NCBI GenBank assembly: GCA_964019425.1
Contig: OZ025799.1
Span: 1,116,001 to 1,180,000 of the forward strand
Source of the DNA: Flectonema sp. DT1601
Taxonomy: Eukaryota
Direction: 5' to 3'
DNA: 64,000 nt
Part shown: positions 56,761 to 64,000 of the stretch, in pieces
How positions within the stretch are numbered: position 1 is the first letter of the stretch
Layout of the letters: every line of letters starts with the position of its first letter
Made by a program: the position numbers and the translations under genes
Notes under the pieces: model-generated
Seen by the model: the letters and a program-made list of their open reading frames with translations, nothing else
Told to the model about the DNA's origin: nothing
The model's database searches: none

Positions 56761-59061
56761 ATGCAACTTTCGGTTACGTTCCCAGACACAGGATTTCCTG
56801 ACATTGTTTTCACAGCTTCTGAAGAGTCGCTCGTGAAGGATGCATTGCAGGTTGCAGCTGATGAGTGGGGTACCGATGCTGACTTTCTTGAGCTTTCTCT
56901 CGCAGGATCGCGGCTTCGAGCAGGTAGTCGACTGGTGTCGTACGGAGTGGAGGACGGCTCGCTGTTGGATGCATCGGTGGTGCGCTTGTTTGGATTGGAA
57001 TGGTTCACAGATGCTGCAAAGAGAGCTAAGGCATTCCTACGAGGAGAACGGGATCAGGACGGGTTTTTCTGCCTTGATACTCCTACATTCGCTGTGGATG
57101 GCTGTCTTCAGTTTGACTACGATGAGTGGTTCTCGGATGATGTTACGAACATCTCATTCAGCAACTCTAAACCCTCAGTCACGACCGTAACAGATAGTTT
57201 CTTATCCTCATCTCGTAAGGTTATAAAGGTCAGTCTGCCTGGTCTTCAATACGTCACATCTGTTGGTAATAAATTCCTCAGTAATTGCAATTCACTGTCA
57301 TCCGTGGACTTATCAAGTCTCAGCAATGTTTCAGCTGTTGGAGACTCTTTTCTATCTTATTGTTCATCCCTCACATCTGTTGACTTATCATGTCTCAGCA
57401 ATGTTTCAGTTGTTGAAGACGATTTTCTATATTGTTGTTCATCCCTCACGTCTGTTGACTTATCAAGTTTCAGCAATGTTTCAGTTGTTGAAGACGATTT
57501 TCTATATTCTTGTTCATCCCTTACATCTGTTGACTTATCAAGTCTCAGCAATGTTTCAGCTATTGGAAAGTCTTTTCTATCTTTTTGTTCATCCCTCACA
57601 TCTCTGGACTTATCAAGTCTCAGCAATGTTTCAGCTGTTGGAAACCATTTTCTAAATGATTGTTCATCCCTCACATTTCTGGACTTATCAAGTCTCAGCA
57701 ATGTTTCAGTTGTTGGAGACTCTTTTCTATATTATTGTTCATCCCTCACATCTGTTGACTTATCAAGTCTCAGCAATGTTTCAGCTGTTGGAAACCATTT
57801 TCTATCTTTTTGTTCATCCCTCACATCTCTGGACTTATCAAGTCTCAGCAATGTTTCAGTTGTTGGAGACGATTTTCTAAGTAATTGTTCATCCCTCACA
57901 TCTCTGGACTTATCAAGTCTCAGCAATGTTTCAGTTGTTGGAGACGATTTTCTAAGTAATTGTTCATCCCTCACATCTCTGGACTTATCAAGTCTCAGCA
58001 ATGTTTCAGTTGTTGGAGACGATTTTCTAAGTAATTGTTCATCCCTCACATCTCTGGACTTATCAAGTCTCAGCAATGTTTCAGTTGTTGGAGACTCTTT
58101 TCTATATTATTGTTCATCCCTCACATCTGTTGACTTATCAAGTCTCAGCAATGTTTCAGCTGTTGAAAACCATTTTCTATCTTTTTGTTCATCCCTCACA
58201 TCTCTGGACTTATCAAGTCTCAGCAATGTTTCAGTTGTTGGAGACGATTTTCTAAGTAATTGTTCATCCCTCACATCTCTGGACTTATCAAGTCTCAGCA
58301 ATGTTTCAGTTGTTGGAGACGATTTTCTAAGTAATTGTTCATCCCTCACATCTCTGGACTTATCAAGTCTCAGCAATGTTTCAGTTGTTGGAGACGATTT
58401 TCTAAGTAATTGTTCATCCCTCACATCTCTGGACTTATCAAGTCTCAGCAATGTTTCAGTTGTTGGAGACGATTTTCTAAGTAATTGTTCATCCCTCACA
58501 TCTCTGGACTTATCAAGTCTCAGCAATGTTTCAGTTGTTGGAGACTCTTTTCTATATTATTGTTCATCCCTCACATCTGTTGACTTATCAAGTCTCAGCA
58601 ATGTTTCAGCTGTTGAAAACCATTTTCTATCTTTTTGTTCATCCCTCACATCTCTGGACTTATCAAGTCTCAGCAATGTTTCAGTTGTTGGAGACGATTT
58701 TCTAAGTAATTGTTCATCCCTCACATCTCTGGACTTATCAAGTCTCAGCAATGTTTCAGCTGTTGGAAACCAATTTCTATCTTATTGTTCATCCCTCACA
58801 TCTCTGGACTTATCAAGTCCCAGCAATGTTTCAGTTGTTGGAGACTCTTTTCTATATTATTGTTCATCCCTCACATCTGTTGACTTATCAAGTCTCAGCA
58901 ATGTTTCAGCTGTTGGAATGTATTTTCTAAGTGATTGTGCATCACTTACTTCCTTGGATTTAACCCTCATGAATGTGCAATCCGTCGGAGGTAATTTCCT
59001 AAAAGGTTGTTCATCCATTAACAGAGACGAACTACATACGAGCATAAAGAATTTGAAATGA
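56761..59061 (+). CDS. Ubiquitin-like + BspA-type LRR protein, copy 2 (766 aa)
   Basis: Termini nearly identical to copy 1; one more 75-nt repeat; different repeat composition. Confidence 0.85.
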   Translation: MQLSVTFPDTGFPDIVFTASEESLVKDALQVAADEWGTDADFLELSLAGSRLRAGSRLVSYGVEDGSLLDASVVRLFGLEWFTDAAKRAKAFLRGERDQDGFFCLDTPTFAVDGCLQFDYDEWFSDDVTNISFSNSKPSVTTVTDSFLSSSRKVIKVSLPGLQYVTSVGNKFLSNCNSLSSVDLSSLSNVSAVGDSFLSYCSSLTSVDLSCLSNVSVVEDDFLYCCSSLTSVDLSSFSNVSVVEDDFLYSCSSLTSVDLSSLSNVSAIGKSFLSFCSSLTSLDLSSLSNVSAVGNHFLNDCSSLTFLDLSSLSNVSVVGDSFLYYCSSLTSVDLSSLSNVSAVGNHFLSFCSSLTSLDLSSLSNVSVVGDDFLSNCSSLTSLDLSSLSNVSVVGDDFLSNCSSLTSLDLSSLSNVSVVGDDFLSNCSSLTSLDLSSLSNVSVVGDSFLYYCSSLTSVDLSSLSNVSAVENHFLSFCSSLTSLDLSSLSNVSVVGDDFLSNCSSLTSLDLSSLSNVSVVGDDFLSNCSSLTSLDLSSLSNVSVVGDDFLSNCSSLTSLDLSSLSNVSVVGDDFLSNCSSLTSLDLSSLSNVSVVGDSFLYYCSSLTSVDLSSLSNVSAVENHFLSFCSSLTSLDLSSLSNVSVVGDDFLSNCSSLTSLDLSSLSNVSAVGNQFLSYCSSLTSLDLSSPSNVSVVGDSFLYYCSSLTSVDLSSLSNVSAVGMYFLSDCASLTSLDLTLMNVQSVGGNFLKGCSSINRDELHTSIKNLK

Positions 59062-59187
59062 CCAGTGTGCGTTGTTCCCTTTGTTTTATTTAAAGTTATT
59101 TATTTTGTCTTTTATTTGAGTGTTTTCAGAAAAGAAGATGTGTGTTCGCTCACGCACTCTTAACAAGTGTTTGTTAATTAAAATTAA

Positions 59188-59850
59188 ATATTTAATGCCA
59201 TAAACGAATTATTTCTGTGCACATTTCATCACTCGCGGAGTAGAAATAACCCGATAATTACATTCCGTACACAAGGCCGATGGCTGGCAAATCGAAATTA
59301 TCACAAAAGTGTGAAGTTAAGACCAAATCTAATACAGCAGTAAAATTATGATTTTCTGTTTTTGGTTTAAAATGGCTGTGGCGATGTAGTTATTGACCTG
59401 TAATAATCCGGGTGATTTTGACATAATGGCAATTATGTTGGGGGTGATTTTAAGTTTTCCGGGAGGATAATTTAATGGATGTGGATAATGGGCATCAGTA
59501 AGAGTGTGATTACGACCTCAGTGGCATTATGAGCCCTAATTTCACGCTTCTTTCAAACGTAAAATTATTGAGCCCGTGAGTGTAATTATGGGGAGGGCAA
59601 TAGTGAAATGGAAGAAATCAGCAGCGGTTCTCGTGATGAAATGTGCACAGTCCTAATTCTAATTTATGGCATTAAATATAAAATTGGGCGGAAGTTGACA
59701 TAATGTCTAACTCTCAACTCATAATTATCATCTCGTGGTGATGCCGACCCCTCGCGCTTCGCGCTCGGCGCCGGAATCCCCGCTCGATAATAATTAAACT
59801 GTTTCGAGTTGAATTATGTCAACTTAAGCATCCCCCCAATTAATACACAT
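59188..59850. mobile_element. MITE-like palindromic insertion present only in the second duplication unit
   Basis: Imperfect ~45-bp inverted repeats (ATATTTAATGCCATAAA...TGTGCACATTTCATCAC 59188-59232 / 59633-59679), then a second palindrome (AAGTTGACATAAT/ATTATGTCAACTT); absent at the equivalent site ~55610. Confidence 0.7.
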
Positions 59851-60987
59851 AATTACATTGCAATATTCCTATTCCCTTTACTGGGTCATATTCTCATCAG
59901 ATTCCCAACCCCATTTGGTATTCCCCACCCGCCCTTCCCCCGCCAGTGTCTGGTCGAATCGAAACAGGCCTGGCCCAATCCCTGTGCACGCGGAAGTAAT
60001 CTGCACCCGTCTACAGTGTAGATACTTCTTTGAGTTGATCTCAGCTTGTTTAGGTAATGCCTTATTCTCTTATCATATTTCCTTCTCAGGTGCAAACAGT
60101 GATGGAAAGCGAATTACAGAAATCTTCTCTTTTGTAAAACCTTTTTTGATTGACGTTTCTGGGTGCCATTCCCTGCTGTGATTCTCCAGTGCCGTATGAC
60201 TTTAGCTTCCCCGTAGTGTTGTTACATTGAGCCTGATTAAGTATCTTATTACTCCCTCAAAGTAATTACTAAAACAAGGAACTCCCCAGTGACTTCACAC
60301 CATACGATGATGAACAGATAGTGATGTAGTTCATATGTATTCAGTTTTATTATTATTATTATCAACAATCAATCACATGGCTGTCATTAACGAGGTGAAA
60401 GCCACAGAAGCACAACCACAAGAATATACAGAAGTAATTTATGGTTAGTTGTGTAAGAAGGGACACATCCGTTATGTTGGTCAAACTTATATAAATGCGT
60501 GAGGTCGTTGTTTGGTAAAGACAACCGTTTGAAAGAAGCAAAAATAAAGACAATAGCAACGTTATCTTCCCTCTAGTATGTTAAGTAGTTACACTCTGAA
60601 CTCATGGTTTTATGAATAATACCTGGTCACAAGTTGGGAACCACAAAAATTCCGGTGACCGTGATCCATCCTCATACCCAGCTATGTGGCCGGAACCCCA
60701 TGTCCCACTGGTTTGGTGAATTCTGGGTCACTTTGGTGTATTTAGTCGATCACTACATGAGATAGGATGAATTGAAGATGGACAAAGGTTGACAGCGAAT
60801 TTATCTTTCTTTGAACCACTACCTTCCTTCAGTTAATCTAAATTTGACTTCGAGTAAAGTACCGAAATGTTAGTGAACAAGCAAGGATTTCTATATGTCT
60901 TACTGGGAATACAGATTGTAATAATAGTTAGGAGCAGGTAGAATAATTGTATTTCAATTAACAGTGTTGCTTTCTCAAAAAAACAAA

Positions 60988-63900
60988 ATGTGGTCTGTAG
61001 TTGTGTTCCTACTCGCGGCGCTTACCATAGTTGAGGGAGGATGGCCTCAGTGTGCCACAGCTTACGAATATTGCAATGACATAATAAGTAGTGAATTTTC
61101 ATGGGCACTGGATCGGGCAGAAAGATCACGACCAATAGATGAAACAACCAGCCAACTGATTAGTAAGGGGGCACCTGCATTGGGTGCAATTTGTAATTCA
61201 GAAAACTGGGTCAGGCGTGAACATTGTTTGTATTGTCCGCTTAAGCTAATAATAACAGAACCGCCCCAACTGCGAATGGAAATATGTGTTCGAGACAATA
61301 GTTTTGAGCCTTTTGAAAGGGATGCCCATATAGACATCTATCACAAGTTAAATGGACATGAGACTGAACTCATCCTCGCGGGCGACGACTCTGGTGAGCT
61401 GACCGGCTGCTCTCCCACAGAATTCGAAGACGGAAAGAACTATACTGGTAAAATGGTATTAATTATGCGTGGTCGGTGTTACTTCCATAGAAAAGCCCAA
61501 AGTGCTGCTGTTGCAGGAGCTGAATCGGCGATCATCATCAACCCAAGTGTAACAATTATTCACAAATGGAAACAACTAAACATGGAAGGTCTTTCTGATG
61601 GATTCTCAAAAATACCTGTTGTCAGTACTTACATATATCCAATAACAAAAGTATTAGCAGCCATGAGGAGAGGTACAAAAATTGTTGGTAAGCTTGAACT
61701 GTCCTGTACTGTTCCTCAGAATTACAACCAATACGAAGAGAATAACTGCCCCATGCCGTACTTTGTTGATATGTGCAACATGCCTAGATTTTCCTTAGGA
61801 AATCGTCTTTGTTCAAAATGTTCATTTTTTATTGAAGTTGGTGAAATGGATATATGTGTTTGGGGAAATGATTTTTATCCAAAATTAAAGAGAAATCACA
61901 TCTTACATAATAGTAAGTTTCCTTCGCTTCCATTCACTTCCAATGAAGCGGTGTTTATTCCACATGACGGATGTGATGTTTCTCTTTTTAATTCACTTGT
62001 AAAAGATAAATTAGTATTCATAATTATTAATAATTTATGCATACCTGAAGCGATAGAAGCTATTCAAAATAATGGCGCTAAGGCTATTTTTTCATTAAAA
62101 AAAGACAACAACAGACCAATTACATTCACAAGTACTTTTTTTAATATTCCATTTCATCAAATTGATACTGACAACGTCACTTCAGTAATCAACTATGTTA
62201 CATTGAACAACGCAATTAACGGGGCTCCTGTGTATAAAATTCCTGGTAGGGTTATATTTAAAACGTCGTCAGTAAGGCCTTTCGTGCATTTATTAAGAGA
62301 AGAAATGGTAATGCCTGCAGCCGTGTTGGCATCGTCAACGTTTAGTTGGTCGGTGGCAATCATATTGAGTGCTGTTGGAATCGTGTTTTTATCAACCATA
62401 AATGTTGTGAAATATAGGGGGCAAGCTGCGCTTAATTCAGGAACTAAATCATGCACAAAAGAAGAAGGCTATACAGTTCCCTTATCAGCTGCGAGTATGA
62501 CTTTGTCTGTGACTTTGTTAGTTGCTATAGGATGCACTGCTTTTGTTCTTGCTTATTTGGCAGGTCGAAAGACGTGTAGAACAACTCGTCACAATGCACA
62601 GCTAGCTGTTAGTATTTCTCATCGAAATACTGCTGACAGTCTTCATAATTTAAATCGAATATGGAGGAAGGCTTTGATTGAAAAAGCAGTCAGCACAACT
62701 AAGAACTTCTTAGATACTGGTGTTAGACTTGCAAGGTCACTCTCAAATATTTATTTACACTATGATGAGACTTGGCAAACCTTTTATCCTCTTCATCAAA
62801 TTCAAAAAGACATCGATTATCCGTGGCTTAGACAAATTAAAATGAGAAACGGATTCTTCTCTGCAGGAGACATTATTACTGACTATGGTATAGGTCCAAT
62901 GGTTAGACCCCCTTACGTAAACACAACTCACAATGGTTTCTTATATGATTTTGTTAAGGTAAAGTCTGATGAATTCGGCCAGTTTGTAGCCTATGAAAAT
63001 TACCTTCTGAGAACTCAATACGAGCCTTTGGATATTGTGGGAGGGACTTATGTGGAGCCGATGAAATTAATCGAGGGAAAGAAAAAAAATGAAGCAGTAT
63101 TCCTGAGAAATCCTTATAATATCTGTTTTTATGAAGGGATAAGTAAAAATACTCCTCTTTCGATATTGGTGCCAATCTTTACGTCAATTTCACGTGATGT
63201 CCCAGTTGGTGTGGTGGAAATTCATCGAAAATCACAAGACTTATCCGACTCAATCTTGAGAAAAATACGAGTGATCCCAGAAGCACAAAATGTCACTGTC
63301 ATTGTCTTGGATAGAAAAACTGGTATTCTATTATGCAACAGTGTTTCCAGCTTTGGTCATAGCGACATGTTTCCTATTAGAGATACGTACTTACCAGCAA
63401 CCTGGTACTTCTCATTAAGCAATGCCTATTCTTTAGAACTACGTGCTCTTGGGATAATGTTATGGGATGCTGGAAATGGATCTTACGATGATGGTTTTGG
63501 AAGACTTGCTAATGATGAGCAACAGTTGAGTGGAACTTTTGATCAAAAAGACTACTACAGAGATACTGTTGATCATTTGGTACTCAAATTCGATTTTGAG
63601 CAACGAGATGATTTCACGTATTTGAGAGACTCGACTTCTGAACAATGGAGAGCAGAAATGAGAGATGGATCCTGTCACAATTTCGAGTGCACCCAAACTG
63701 AGAAAATCAGAAACGGAATAAATACTTTCATGAACTTCGATGGAAAGTCAATATTATACATCTACACCAACTTAACGATTGATGCAAAACGAGTTGCTGC
63801 AACTCGTATTGGAAATGGTACTTGGCAGTCTTCATTCACACCGTGGAATAGTACAATTATCTACTCTGATGGAACAGAAGTAGTCGCAAGATACGCTGAA

Positions 63901-64000
63901 AATATTCATAAACCAGTTCTCAGACAAGAATGGACGCATCAATACTTCTCAATCTCAATATGGTTTATGACGAGTGAAGTAATAAGTGACGTTAAGGAAC
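60988..64000 (+). CDS. Large receptor-like membrane protein (signal peptide, PA domain, TM helices), truncated by the window end
   Basis: ATG 60988 MWSVVVFLLAALTIVEG; PA signature GKMVLIMRGRCYFHRKAQSAAVAGAESAIIIN; hydrophobic helices near 62340-62410 and 62480-62560; absent from the ORF track, consistent with no stop before the end. Confidence 0.8.
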   Translation, partial: MWSVVVFLLAALTIVEGGWPQCATAYEYCNDIISSEFSWALDRAERSRPIDETTSQLISKGAPALGAICNSENWVRREHCLYCPLKLIITEPPQLRMEICVRDNSFEPFERDAHIDIYHKLNGHETELILAGDDSGELTGCSPTEFEDGKNYTGKMVLIMRGRCYFHRKAQSAAVAGAESAIIINPSVTIIHKWKQLNMEGLSDGFSKIPVVSTYIYPITKVLAAMRRGTKIVGKLELSCTVPQNYNQYEENNCPMPYFVDMCNMPRFSLGNRLCSKCSFFIEVGEMDICVWGNDFYPKLKRNHILHNSKFPSLPFTSNEAVFIPHDGCDVSLFNSLVKDKLVFIIINNLCIPEAIEAIQNNGAKAIFSLKKDNNRPITFTSTFFNIPFHQIDTDNVTSVINYVTLNNAINGAPVYKIPGRVIFKTSSVRPFVHLLREEMVMPAAVLASSTFSWSVAIILSAVGIVFLSTINVVKYRGQAALNSGTKSCTKEEGYTVPLSAASMTLSVTLLVAIGCTAFVLAYLAGRKTCRTTRHNAQLAVSISHRNTADSLHNLNRIWRKALIEKAVSTTKNFLDTGVRLARSLSNIYLHYDETWQTFYPLHQIQKDIDYPWLRQIKMRNGFFSAGDIITDYGIGPMVRPPYVNTTHNGFLYDFVKVKSDEFGQFVAYENYLLRTQYEPLDIVGGTYVEPMKLIEGKKKNEAVFLRNPYNICFYEGISKNTPLSILVPIFTSISRDVPVGVVEIHRKSQDLSDSILRKIRVIPEAQNVTVIVLDRKTGILLCNSVSSFGHSDMFPIRDTYLPATWYFSLSNAYSLELRALGIMLWDAGNGSYDDGFGRLANDEQQLSGTFDQKDYYRDTVDHLVLKFDFEQRDDFTYLRDSTSEQWRAEMRDGSCHNFECTQTEKIRNGINTFMNFDGKSILYIYTNLTIDAKRVAATRIGNGTWQSSFTPWNSTIIYSDGTEVVARYAENIHKPVLRQEWTHQYFSISIWFMTSEVISDVKE

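Larger units (their letters stand above)
53195..60471 (+). repeat. Tandem segmental duplication (~53195-56236 and ~56691-60471): LRR gene plus downstream non-coding DNA
   Basis: Near-identical upstream flank, gene ends and ~600 bp downstream flank in both units. Confidence 0.9.

Noticed and set aside
53790..58920. CRISPR-like regular repeats
   Set aside because: In-frame coding LRR units without unique spacers; eukaryotic context and no cas genes

Overview
AT-rich eukaryotic nuclear DNA, most likely from a diplonemid (Euglenozoa). This assignment is inferred from three things: every host protein-coding gene lies on the + strand, short GT-AG cis-introns are present, and a euglenozoan spliced-leader (SL) 3' end is visible. 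Host genes include a triple-GH18 chitinase-like surface protein, a sulfotransferase, a CCCH/RGG/AlkB-type dioxygenase, PEX13-, UTP5/WDR43-, GT61-, PPP4R2- and LLPH-like genes, two tandem ubiquitin-like+LRR genes and a large PA-domain membrane protein that runs off the window end. The main discovery is a family of apparently intact ~6 kb non-LTR retrotransposons (APE-RT-RNase H-CCHC) in two diverged copies. Each copy sits with its target-site duplication (TSD) starting 11 nt upstream of a different tRNA gene (Gln-TTG, Arg-ACG). Each begins with a 16-nt SL remnant. Each has ORF1 and an AUG-less ORF2 in one frame, linked by AAC-TGA-CT (a stop-readthrough context) and then a 2A/StopGo peptide. Each carries a PDZ-like insertion inside the RT, and the two share an almost identical 3' UTR. 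A third, different LINE lies head-to-head at the tRNA-Arg locus, next to a 28S rRNA fragment fused to a motif from that shared 3' UTR. Homology calls are by motif recognition only; no searches were run.
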